Shown here: piece by piece, positions 50,601-61,757 of the stretch
Numbering within the stretch: position 1 is the first letter of the stretch
Layout of the letters: every line of letters starts with the position of its first letter
Assembly (NCBI GenBank): GCA_963924565.1
Contig: OZ004613.1
Span: forward strand, 30,318,001-30,382,000
Origin: Ascidiella aspersa
Lineage: Eukaryota
Direction: 5' to 3'
Length of the DNA: 64,000 nt
Position numbers and translations under genes: made by a program
Notes under the pieces: model-generated
What the model saw: the letters and a program-made list of their open reading frames with translations, nothing else
What the model was told of the DNA's origin: nothing
Database searches by the model: none

Positions 50601-53600
50601 TTTTTGATTTGTATATGTTTGTATGTTTAACTGCAATTAACCCAAAGACACGCTATGTTCAGGGAAAGGAGGCATATTAAAAAATCCTTAGCTGTCCAGT
50701 TTTATGTTTTTTTAGACTCCTTCATGTATTTTACATCCTGTATTCGTGCCTATTTCCATGTTTGAATCATTTTTTTGTTTTACCAGCGGAGGGCGGTAGA
50801 CGGCACGCAACGGGTTGTCGCCAAAAAAACTGCGTCATTTTCACCGATCAACAACAACTCACATTCCCACAAGAAAAAGATCAAGGTTGGTCTGTTACAA
50901 GTGTTCGTCTGTCTTGACGTTTTGTGGTGAATTAGCTACCACTGCTTCCAAGTTAAAATGTACACTGTCATAACAAAATGCAGAACTCCATAAAATATTG
51001 TGCCTTGCCAATCGGACAGATTATCTGGAAGAAAAATAAAATTTACAAACTAAAGTTCTAAAGCTTTATTGGGGTAAAATAAATTGCTCTATTGGCATCT
51101 GACACATAAATGCGATCTAAACGGACTGTAAACTTATCTTCAAGCAACCACCAATGGGGAGAAGAATCTTGTTGCACACAAGTGCACAGAGTTATATAAT
51201 TTAACAACAAGTAACTTATTATTATTAACATGAAGCATCCTTAATTCGAATGAATACATATAGTTAATGATGAGCTAAAAGAAATATAAGTAGGAACATA
51301 CAACAAAGGCTAACACCTGATAACACAACTACAGCACCAACTAAATAACATTAGGACAGCACTAACACAAATGGCAAGCATGCTGGCACAATGCCACATG
51401 TACAAAATCACTCATGCATATAAAATTAGTCATGCATAAGAATCAGTCAAGCATGAAATAAAAGTAAATGACACATAAAATACAATTAAGGGAAATTACA
51501 GTTAACACGGACTATCTGTTTTAGCCTTGCCCTGCTTGCATGAAAATCCTTAATTAATTTTTAGGGTTAGTCAATTGAAGGCTCCTGGTGTATATGCAAA
51601 CTAACGACATCATTCGGCCAATATTTTACGTGTAGTCGGTTTTGCTTAAAATATAATTTTTTTATTAAGACGACTTCGGTTGACCTTTCCAGTGACGAAG
51701 ATGACCTTGAAAGTCCTTCAAAAAGTAAGTTTAGCATTTTAAATCGAACAAGCAATGATTGATTTTATTACGACCCATTTTAAATTATCATGTTTAAATA
51801 AATTCCCCCCTTTTCTATTATGTGCAGCTGTTCTTAACTCAGGACTTACAAACAGCCGTTTATTATTTTCCACGTGTAGTTCAGTATTTGTTAATATAAA
51901 TTGCGGTCTTTCTCCATACGCAGTTGAGTCTTTCTCCATACGCAGTCGTGTATTTTTCCGTATACAGCCTAGTTTTTTTTCTCGTGCAGTCCAGTATTTT
52001 TCTACATACATTCTAGTCTAGGAATTCCTTATATAGTCGTGTCTTTTCGCGCAGGTGTCAAAAGTGAGATTGGATCAGCTGTCGAAGTTGGTCTCGGTGA
52101 TAAATGGAGGCCGGGTACCATCGTTTCCACCAAGGTCGTTAAAGGTCAACCGACAAAGTACAAGGTCAAGTTCGACCAGCACCCTCAGGTTTCTAATTGT
52201 TTCAAACTAAGTTAAAAAAAAACACAAATATGGTTCCTTATTTTAAATTGGGTTAATAAAGGACGTTAAAAGTTATTTTACAAATTAAATAAGTAACTAT
52301 TGTGCAACCCCTAATTTGTTAAAAAAGTTTAAAATAACCCCCCAGTTTAACTTAACCTTAGATTAAGCTTAACTTTAGGTTTATTTAAATTTAACCGGTA
52401 CTTATTGAATTGTCCTAAGATTTTGAAGCATTAAACCTGTTTTCTCGTTACAGAATATCGATCGATAATCTTTAATTTTAAATTGTCACAGCTCACAGGA
52501 CTTATATTAAATGTGCCCTCCATAACCTTGTATATGTGTTAAATATCGACCTTGTATATTTGTTAAATACCGTGTATATTTGTTGAATATTTGTAGGACC
52601 GCTTCGACAAGTGGGTTGACGAGGGTTCGAGTGAGATCCGATTCATTCCAAACCCTGACCTCGTTTCTAACGGAACGCCGAGTAAACCAAAGAGGGCGAT
52701 GTCGGCTGGTGAGTAGTTCGAACAAGTAGATGTGGACTCGAAACGAGTACCACACATTGCTTTATTTGATTTTAGCAAAATTTCGACTGAGAATTAAGTG
52801 ACTGAATTAAAAAAAATGTTTTTTAAATCTTTATGTAAATTGACGACTCTTTATTTTACTTTTTACGACTCTTTTATTTTATCCGTTTATTTTTTCAACT
52901 AGAAAAATAAATTATTGCAACGCTTTGTTATACATATACATCAGATGGGCTGCGCTTATACATCAGATGGGCTGCGCACCTAAATACAATTCTTCTTTAC
53001 TTTTTTACACAATTTGGGAATATGTAAAAATATTTTTTGAAAAATTCCTGTTTTGTTTTAATTTTTTATGGAATTTTTTGTATTTTAATCTGTTGTAAAA
53101 TACAACGCTTTTGTATTTTCAGACCAACCTTTGAGCAAAGAAAGCCAAAAGCAATTAGAACTCCACGAAAACGCACTTGGAAAACTAAGGTACAACTGGA
53201 ATATATAACTGCGCCAAAACATTTGGGCATTTGCTGTCGCACCTTTCAAACCACGTGATTTAATGTCTGACATTGTTTGCTTTTGTTGAAGGCCAAGACA
53301 TTAAAATGCTGTCTCCTGTAGTCCTAATACTTATGTATTTGTTTGTTTATTTGAAAGTGCGGAAAAGGTAGCGTTTTACAAAGAATTGCTAACCTTTATT
53401 TCAGCCAAATCATCGAAACCTCTGTTAATCTGGTTCAAAGTCTTGTGTATATTTTTACACACCCTTTATATAAAATATGTCCTTATCTTCTGTATGTGTT
53501 TCTGAGCCATGTTAGAAATAGTTGCAAATTTATTGTGTTACCATGCATTGCTGGGGTTTGTGATACAGATTCAAACAAGGTATAAAAAAATTCTTTCTAC

Positions 53601-55272
53601 TTCTGTATGGGCTTTGATATACTTAACTACAACCTCAAACCATTATGCTCCAAAGACTAAATACTCCTCTTAACAACATACCTGTTTTTTGCCAGACCTT
53701 TTTTTTGCTTGTTTTATTTCAGGACGTGTTTACGATACTTTCTTCCCCCGCAATGGAAAATGCCTAAAGAAGAAATCAACAACTTGACTTTACAAGAACT
53801 CGTCGACTTCCCGATGGTAATATTGTGCTTTTTTTTAGGAAATGTGTATCTTACTTCATACTTTAGTAAATTATCGCTTTTTATTTATTTTTTTGGAGGC
53901 TGCCAGTATTTTTTTTTTCTAAAATCATGTGATGTTTTTTCAATGAAAATTTTGTCTGTTTGTTTGCCGAATATACATATGTGTATATTCTAATCGGGGT
54001 ATGTCTCTTAAAATTAGACCTTTCTCAATGAAAACGGCACTACCAAAGAGCACATCAAAGTTGTGGACAAACCTAAACCATTCGGCTACCTAGAACTAAA
54101 ACGCCTATTGATTCAAATTGCCTTTCAAAAGTCTAGGTTACCATATCGTCTAGAAATGTATCTTGTTTCTTTCGGACTTTCAATCTATATTCTGGCTTAC
54201 AATTGTTGTCTTTCTGTAGCAACGTTTTGCGTATAAATTATTTTCGGCAGTCATTTTAGTCAAAGCAAAACAGCAACGCTGGTATCTAAAAACACGTAAA
54301 TTTAGTTGTTACCGAGAAAAGATCGCACAACTCTATTATCCAGGATTTTTTTATTAATAAATAAAATGGAGATAAAAGCACAACAATACGAATTACAATA
54401 GGAAAGCTTTTAGGCAGCTAACGACCATTTAATTTTGTGTATCGCCATACTTCCTCTTTAAAAAGCCGAATATTGCTAGGAAGATAGCATCGCGAAAAAG
54501 CGCAACATAGTCGGCACACTTTCGGCATATTTAACATTATTAAATGACGTACTTTGCACATAAAAGGACACAATTCACAAATGTTTTACACGGTTCATTA
54601 TCCAGGACGATTTCTTCGACCACTACGAGAAGGGATTGCGCCGCCTAGTGAGCAACTTCCGCACGCAAGCTGACCAGCAGAGGGCAGCAGCGGACAGTGC
54701 GAGGTCTGAGCTTGTTGACACACAACAACTGCTCTTTGAAGTTTTATCAAAGTTCGACAAAGTAAGTACAAAAACAAATTTCACAACATCTTCATATAAA
54801 AGCATATATATATGTGTCTAACTTGTGTTTGACAAATAAAAAGATAAAACGCCAGATCACATTTGAGATGCACGGGTAATGCCGAAAAGTTTATCAATTT
54901 TATCGAACTTTAGGTTTTTAGTTTATTAAAATGCTACAAACCCGTGTATTGTGTTCTAAGTGTTGACAAATTAATTTATTATATCAGGGAAATATATTTT
55001 ACATTTGACTTGACAAGTTTGACACTTGCTTTATACAATATCTAAAGTTTTTGTTCCAATAATTTTTCATAGTTTTATCCTTGTCACTTTTCTGCGTTAT
55101 TAATTTATAAAAAAAATATTTTTATTTTCCATCTACTTTAACGCTTTCTTAAGCTTGAATATGTTTTTGCATCTTTCAAACTCCTTGTATTGTTACGTCA
55201 CAGGACACCCCTGCCATGTCACACGAAGAGGTCGTTCTCTACACGCGCCGCTACATGGAAAACACTACGTGA
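38685..55272 (+). CDS. MORC2: MORC family CW-type zinc finger ATPase (MORC2-like), 22 coding exons, 916 aa
   Basis: Exons 38685-38749, 40846-40991, 41319-41421, 42164-42344, 42757-42850, 43345-43459, 43979-44107, 44522-44601, 46434-46608, 46967-47107, 47399-47514, 47905-48078, 48729-48967, 49871-50077, 50787-50885, 51670-51724, 52055-52188, 52597-52708, 53123-53189, 53723-53816, 54606-54761, 55204-55272 (2751 nt, in frame). GHKL motifs [47 protein letters not shown]; S5 fold [10 protein letters not shown]; CW finger QCDACLKWR...WICSMNPD; chromo-like KVKFD...DKWV; CLRYFLPP. The low-complexity exons 15-16 are less certain. Confidence 0.94.
38955..39446. mobile_element. outer MITE hosting a nested insertion
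   Basis: TIR-like AGTCAGTTTGGAAAGTATG / CATACTTTCCAGACTGGCT; a further terminal fragment at ~39563-39600. Confidence 0.65.
39193..39409. mobile_element. Mutator-like MITE with 39-bp TIRs and perfect 9-bp TSD
   Basis: GGGTAACACTAATTTACGGAATGATGAATGGTCGGAATG / CATTCCGACCATTCATCATTCCGTAAATTAGTATTACCC. TSD GATCTCGTC at 39184-39192 and 39410-39418. Confidence 0.9.
42973..43125. repeat. perfect ~73-bp-arm palindrome (young copy of MITE family C) in MORC2 intron 5
   Basis: ATATCAAAGCCCATACAGAAGTAGGTATCATTTTGGACGTTTCGAATAACTCTTTATTCATTTTCAACATCAT and its exact reverse complement, separated by ~7 nt. Confidence 0.9.
44743..45290. mobile_element. hAT-type MITE with perfect 8-bp TSD
   Basis: Ends CAGGGATGCC / GGCATCCCTG; GTTTAAAA on both flanks. 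Appears nested in an older element (44670-45430). Confidence 0.9.
45857..46090. mobile_element. inverted pair of degenerate family-B hammerhead-containing repeats
   Basis: 45857-45938 matches 33770-33845; 46005-46090 is its reverse complement. Core truncated or mutated (CTTAAGA, GGAAATG). Confidence 0.7.
49091..49132 (+). ncRNA. minimal type-I hammerhead ribozyme, family A, apparently intact, sense strand of MORC2 intron 13
   Basis: ATTAA-CTGAAGA-C-GATAC-AAGCTC-GTATC-GAAAC-GTC-TTAAT: CUGANGA and GAAA boxes, 5-bp stem II, 5-bp stem I, palindromic ACGT helix III, GUC cleavage triplet. Confidence 0.8.
49430..49700 (+). repeat. dispersed repeat, copy 2, containing a 20-bp x3 tandem (49575-49637)
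   Basis: Matches 25570-25760; internal (TTTAAACGTTTTGCCTAATC)3. Confidence 0.85.
50097..50384 (-). mobile_element. dimer of the ~160-nt hammerhead-containing unit (family A)
   Basis: TTAGGTACA at 50097 and 50258; TCATCAG (CTGATGA on minus) at 50213 and 50372. The copy at 50343-50384 reads CTGATGA-T-GATAC-AAGTTC-GTATC-GAAAC-GCC on the minus strand. Confidence 0.75.
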
Positions 55273-57334
55273 TGCACCCAAGCTTCATCAATAGGCAATA
55301 TGACGTCACAATCATAACGCAATGTAAAGGGAAAGACCCGAATCGAAAAGCAAAGTTCGCTTGCAATTAGAATCGTTCAACTTCGAGCAAAATTAGACAA
55401 AAAATGCTGAAGCTTTTCCATCTGTAAGAAAACCAACAGTTACCTTCCGAAGCTTTGTGTATTATCAAGCTGTAAGACTCGCTACTGGCTGGAAACTTTG
55501 AATAAATACGTTGAGGGCAGTTTGAACGACACCAAACAACTTTGCTCGCCGAAAAATTAGTCGAATGACCACTGTAAAGTGGGACTTTTGACCACTATGA
55601 AACACCAGGGTAATACTGTTCAGATAATTTAGATATTGTCACTGTTCTATAAATTAAATTTGAAAAATCTCTTAAATATACATTTTACAAAATACCCGAT
55701 GTTAGCATTTTTCACCACTGCACAAAAACAACTAGCAAAATTCAATCAAAAAAATTTAGCATCACAATAAGAAATCACTTAAGCTTTATAAGTTTTTGTA
55801 ATCAAGCTCAGTTTTTTGCCTTTCTTGAACTTCAGTAAGGTCGTATATTTGGGTTATTACTTCATAGTTGTCATTGTCTTATTAGACTTTACCAGGTACA
55901 CATATAAGTAACAAAAAATATAATACAAAGAAAGACTATAATATGGTTCTTGCGCTTCTAATTAAATTAAAAAATGCTTTACAAGTTTCTGTATTTCCAA
56001 GGACAATCTCGTATAAACGATTAGCAACTCTTTAAATATTATGTTTGTTGTATCATCATGTTCTTTTCTGTTGCAACTATGACGTCATCCATTACGTCAC
56101 TGGTGTGACGTTTCTTACGCCAACTCAGTTATTTTTGACTTAGACGTAATTTTACCGGGATCGCTCTCTTGCGCCACGTACTGGCTGATGCCGGCGTGTT
56201 TTTTATTCTGTGAATAAAACTCAATTCGTTGGGCACATTTCTGCTATCTTTGGAAGTTATTTTCAATTAACTTATTCGTGAACCTCCGGGCAGGGTTCGA
56301 AATGTCGTTATTCACGTAACGCCGACTTTTAGGGTCCATAATTTCGAACACTGCTCACCTCGTTGATAAATTTAGTCAGTTGTTGTAGACTGTAGAGTGA
56401 TTTATATATATGTTCATAGATAAAATGGATTTAAAACAAGCAAAGAGCCGCATGTTTGACTAATTTCCTTGTCGATAGATCACTTCTTATAAAGGGTGCC
56501 TACTTATTCCAGTCTAAAAATCATAAGAAAGTCTAAAAGAAGGAACCTTGAAAAAGTTATTTTTTCGATGTTAATTTTTGGTCCAAATGCAGTAAGGAGA
56601 TGGCCTTGTGAAATAGAACATTTATTAAACCAGTACGACATAACTGCAAAAAAAATACCGGAACGCCGTTCTGGCCTTTTTTACCACTGAGTACTAGTAG
56701 CCTACATTAAAATTAAAAAGAAAACTAAGAGAATGTATTTAGATGGAGGAAAAGTTACCTGTTTTTCTAAACAAACGGCGCAAACTTTCCTGTACGCTGA
56801 ATTTGCAGACGAACAAATATATACAAGTTTTATTTACACAGAAATGCTTTTCTTAATAGCTCTTCACTGACATACATTTACATGTTTTTTATGTCTCTGA
56901 CGTACAACAAAATATGCTTTTAGATAAACATAATGCTCTTAGCGAACCATTGGATATCCGTGGATCGTATGACAACGGCTTGTTCTGTAACAAGGCAAAA
57001 CACAGTGTTGGGTAAAATACATTTATAGGAATGGTAATCGGTGCGTGTTACACTACTTTTTAAAAAATGTGTATTGAATCTGCTCGGTGTTGGAAATCTT
57101 ATGCATTAACGTTTTAATTGTGGTGTCATTTTTTTAATTTATCGGTTAGCGTAGTTTGAAAACTTACAAAAATATGTTCATAAACAGTATTATTCAGGTT
57201 GGCATTAAAAATGAGGACAATGAAAAGTGTTCAATTTGCGTATACAAGAACAATTTTATATTAGGTACTTAAAAAACTTTGTACAGATCAACTTTATATA
57301 AGAAGGTCACAAAAGTTTTATTTTCTCCACGAAT

Positions 57335-60300
57335 TTAAGCAGCAGCCTCTTGAAGCACAGGATGGCCAGGACTCGGGTTTATTCCATTAATTTCGGCTTT
57401 CATCGGACTTCCTTCAATTTCTTGTTTCATCTTAAAAAAAGTTGATTACCTCCTAAACCATTGCTTTTCATGAAATAAGCTATTGTTGCCAGGCATAATA
57501 TATAACAGAGTGTTGCTCTTCCAGCAGAATATATAATATAATAGTCGATCTATTATATATTCTGCTGGAAGAGCAACACTCTATACATTGCTTTTCATAT
57601 TTAGCACGTGCCTTATACTTTACGAAAGCGCTTTTCTTGTTGCTTGGAATTAAGCCACGATTGTCTATTGAAAATTAGCGACGCAAGCTGTATTTGCTTA
57701 AGATGAAGCTCTTCTGAGTTTTAAAAATCTACATAAATGCCAATACCTACCCATTACAATGCCGATGCAGTTTGTTTGATTTGATGTCAGGAATTTAGGT
57801 AGTATACGTAGGCCAAAGTTTTTGTTAAAATACACACACTGATATTACTAACGACGGTCTTAGTAAAGGCACCTACAAAGCCCTGAAATATTTTTATGAC
57901 TAATCGTAATGAGTTGACATATTTCGCTTAAAGGCCTGAGTTGTTTAATTTTACCTCCACATCTTCAACTCTTTCCTCGGCTTCTTCAAGAAGAATCTGC
58001 TTTTTATCTGGGGTAGGCATCCGAGCCACCGGGGTACCAAGGTTACCCACCAATAGGGACTTTCCCAAAGGGGTGCTCTGCACGCTTGCCCCAGGTATTC
58101 TTCCAGCAACTGCAGTTGGCGTACCTGAAAAAAAAAATTCAATTCATTTCAATTCATTTCAATTCATTTCAATTCATTTCAATTCATTTCAATTCATTTC
58201 AATTCATTTCAATTCATTTCAATTCATTTCAATTCATTTCAATTCATTTCAATTCATTTCAATTCATTTCAATTCATTTCAATTCATTTCAATTCATTTC
58301 AATTCATTTCAATTCATTTCAATTCATTTCAATTCATTTCAATTCATTTCAATTCATTTCAATTCATTTCAATTCATTTCAATTCATTTCAATTCATTTC
58401 AATTGGCCCAAAACCGGTTCATATAGTTCCGTTTGGGTTTTGTTAAAAACTTACTAATTTCAATTCGATCAGATTAGTAACTTTCTAAGAAACTATTGTT
58501 TATGCTTAAGCGTAACTACCACTTCCTGTTCTGCAATAGAATGCAGTTCGTTCTTATTGTTTTTATGCACGCTAACGCCTTCAGCAGAGTGGCGCAGCGG
58601 AAGCGTGCTGGGCCCATAACCCAGAGGTCGATGGATCGAAACCATCCTCTGCTACATACGCTGTAATCGTATAGTGGTTAGTACTTCACGTTGTGGCCGT
58701 GACAACCCAGGTTCGAATCCTGGTTACAGCAGTTCTTTTTTATATTTTTCTGAATTAAAGAAATTTCAATTAAACCCGCGAGTTTATGGTCCCTAAAAAG
58801 GGCGGAGAAAAAATATTCCATGAAAACTTATGAATTTGCCGCAAAACGCTTTACTAATGAGTAGATCATTCTCATTCTTTTAGCTAATGTAAAAAGGGGT
58901 GATTTAAATTCTCTTTGAAATTAATGTCCAGTTATACAGATCAACTACTTGAGCATAAAAATGTATTGGAAAAGTTCAATTAACTTCAATCCAAGTCATT
59001 CATACAGCTTTTCAATCAGCTACAAAGTCTTAACAACTCACCAGACGAGTTTCCATTCCACGCTTGCTTCACTTGATGCTGCCCGTTGTTGGTTCCTGGT
59101 CTCATGCTTGTGTTTCGCGTCCACAAATCATTGCTCATCTTATCTGGCTGGACGTAACTGAGCAGAGATAAACCTTGTTTAAAGTCGACTCATTCTATAA
59201 CACTCCAGAAACTGTCGATTTTAAACCAATTAGAAAATAATATGAATACGGGCCACTGCAGATCACTTGATAAGACAGCCATTTATGCACTGTATTAAAA
59301 TAGTTTGGCTAACTTGGTAATCCTTTAATTATTTACTGAATTTATTCACTGCTTTTGTGATAGGTTTTATTTTATAGACTAGTTTGTTTTTTTGACAGCC
59401 ACCCATACCAATTAAAAGATAAAAAAATATAAAACGTATATTTACAATCCAGGAAAAAAAGGTTATTTTTTGGTTAAGTTAATCAGTTGGGGTAAATGCC
59501 ATGTAATGACTAAAATAATTTAATTTTTTAAGTATTTTTTAATAAGAGAAATGTCGTAAAACGACTATATAGCATTAGGAAATAAACTTTTTATTTTAAA
59601 CGGAAATCACCAGTAAAAAAATCACTGTTAAATTATATGCATTTTAAAAAATGTGGGTTCTAAGATATTTTCCACTGAGCTGTAAGTCTTTATATAAAAT
59701 GGCTTTTAAATAATATTCGTTAAATTGTATAGTAGGCCTGCTTGCTTTATAAAATAAAACATATGTAACAAAATTAAAACCGAAAAACTTAAATCAATTA
59801 TTTTAAAAATTAACTTAGCAGTCAGAGGAATGGCGTGAAATATTTAAATATTCGTTAAATTTTAAAATTTCTACCAGCCGCCTACAAAACACTACTCCCA
59901 AAGAGTCAAACGTAAATAATTCAAAAAAATCAAGTTTTAGTGTAAAGTTTTTACTAACACAATGCCTACTTACACCCAAAAAGAGTCGAACACTAAAACT
60001 AAAAAAAGCTACATTTTTGGTGTAAAGTCAACTTACCCGCTTCACCAGCAAGAAAAACACTTTTAAATGCTAAAACATATATTTAAATTGTTGGTTCTTA
60101 GACGTTTCGACTTACCCGCTTCCGGTTTGCACAAGGCACTCATCGAAGTAGTTGTCAGTGAAGCGTAACATCTGCTGGAGGGCGCTAAGTGCGAGAATGT
60201 CGACCCAGGGATCGAGTTCGATCTCGTGCGTGTAGTTTTTCACCGGGAGCACGTGACTAACAGGAATGCCGATCTTCGTGCTTGCCTGTGTAACGTAACA

Positions 60301-60920
60301 AGGAACGATTGTTGTCGCGGTAAAAGTGTACAATCGATGTATGAAGGATGTCCGCAACTTGGTATTTATCGCAGTTCAATAAATTCTATGCTCAGTTCTG
60401 TTTTCTGTTTAATTATTTTGTTTAAAACAACAAAAGCGCACCGACACCTGAAATTGATGTTATCAATCGAAATTTCCGACATTTTTTAGCCAATTAGATT
60501 TAATTGACCAAGTTTATATAAAATACCCATACCCGGTATTTTTGACAAAAAAATATCGCTATACGACAAAATGACGTCATTACCGTATGAGCTTGATATT
60601 CTTATTACGTCTTACTACAACCTTTAACTATTGTGCTACAACATTTTTGAGTTTACTTATGTGAAATAAGCCAAAAAACATGTTTGAGTTTACTAAATTA
60701 AATAGGCAAAGAAATACAGTTTGGGTTGCTGAGCCACGTGCCCCTCGGATCCGCCCCGGTATTTAAGGGATTTTTCATGTTATAAACTTGAAGCTTTAAG
60801 CGTCACTCACAAGTGCGATGAGATGTTGGATCTGGTTGCTTCGGTAAACCAACGATACGTCATTTGCTGATTGGCTGCATGCTTTGTCTATCTTTGTGAC
60901 GAGAACAATCAGAGGGATTC
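57335..60920 (-). CDS. IFI44/IFI44L-like protein, last five exons (5' part not found in the window)
   Basis: Minus exons 60920-60811 (GIPLIVLVTKIDKAC...VYRS), 60285-60116 (KIGIPVSHVLPVKNYTHEIELDPWVDILALSALQQMLRFTDNYF, the typical IFI44-family C-terminus), 59157-59042, 58124-57955 and 57430-57335 (TAA). Phases are compatible; minus-strand AATAAA at 57317-57322. Confidence 0.85.
57507..57582. repeat. perfect 32-bp-stem hairpin
   Basis: AGAGTGTTGCTCTTCCAGCAGAATATATAATA, 12-nt loop, TATTATATATTCTGCTGGAAGAGCAACACTCT. Confidence 0.9.
58141..58400 (+). repeat. perfect minisatellite (AATTCATTTC)26
   Basis: 26 identical 10-mers abutting the minus-strand acceptor at 58125. Confidence 0.97.
58583..58654 (+). 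tRNA. tRNA-iMet: initiator tRNA-Met (CAT)
   Basis: AGCAGAGTGGCGCAGCGGAAGCGTGCTGGGCCCATAACCCAGAGGTCGATGGATCGAAACCATCCTCTGCTA: A1:U72 pair, three G-C pairs in the anticodon stem, ATCG T-loop; matches the vertebrate iMet sequence as I recall it. Confidence 0.98.
58660..58731 (+). tRNA. tRNA-His: tRNA-His (GTG)
   Basis: GCTGTAA/TTACAGC acceptor stem, D-arm GTATAGTGGTTAGTAC, anticodon loop TTGTGGC, T-arm CCAGGTTCGAATCCTGG. Confidence 0.96.
58736..58741 (+). terminator. Pol III terminator (T6)
   Basis: T-run 4 nt after tRNA-His; no T-run between the two tRNAs. Confidence 0.8.
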
Positions 60921-61757
60921 CTGCGTCATATTAACAAAAGGTCAACTAAGGTCACAAAATCAAATAAAACACTACATTGTATCACCACCTCTTTTATTAA
61001 CTAGATGAAAAACTTACATGACTTATGTGCACTTACGTCACTTTTTAAATGACTTGACATGACTAAGGTATTTTATTAAATGACCTAACTTGGACTTAAG
61101 TCAGTTGTTTCATTTAATACAATTTTTGTTAAAATTGGTTAAATTTTTACCCCAATTAGTGGTTAAAAAATGTTGCTCGCTTAATGTTACATTTAGTATA
61201 TTGCAGCAATCGGGCGATTTTACCAATTTTAATAATTTAACTTTCATTTTTTTTAAATATCTTGACTTAAACCTAAGTTATTTTGCAAATAACTTAATTG
61301 CAGGGCTGCGGAGTCGGAGTCAGGACTCGAGACGCTGACGTGCGCATGCGCAGTAGTACCACATTGACTGTTTTTTTAGTCACCGGAATATTTGTTAAGG
61401 TCTGCATTTAACACACCAAAGGCCGAGTGTGGCTTGAATTCGCCAACTGAATGACTTTATTGTATATTGTGACAATATATGAGTGATATTTAAAACCAGC
61501 AGTTCAGAAAGCCGCCGTCTAGTTCCGCGTCATGCACACCTGTCGCCCACAGAGCACCTCTGAACCGAAAACAAACAAATAGAGCCAAACATTGAAGTGT
61601 ACAAACTGTTCGCTGGTGAATGTAAATCACTCCTAGTTCCTCATTCCATCCACTGAGCGATGTTTAGTTGTCAAATGTTATTGTGCTCGCACACACTGTT
61701 GCAGACAGGTCTTTGTTCAATTTATCGGTAGCATTTATTTTTGAAGATATCAGCGAC

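Noticed and set aside
51906-52977. Short tandem duplications (19-bp x2 at ~51906, 24-bp x3 at ~52525, 22-bp x2 at ~52936)
   Set aside because: Ordinary intronic slippage repeats with no further structure.
58141-58400. CRISPR-like array
   Set aside because: No spacers; a pure tandem repeat in eukaryotic DNA.
57941-58457. 161-aa and 123-aa plus-strand ORFs with FISIHFNSFQ repeats
   Set aside because: Translation artefacts of the 10-bp minisatellite, antisense to a real exon.
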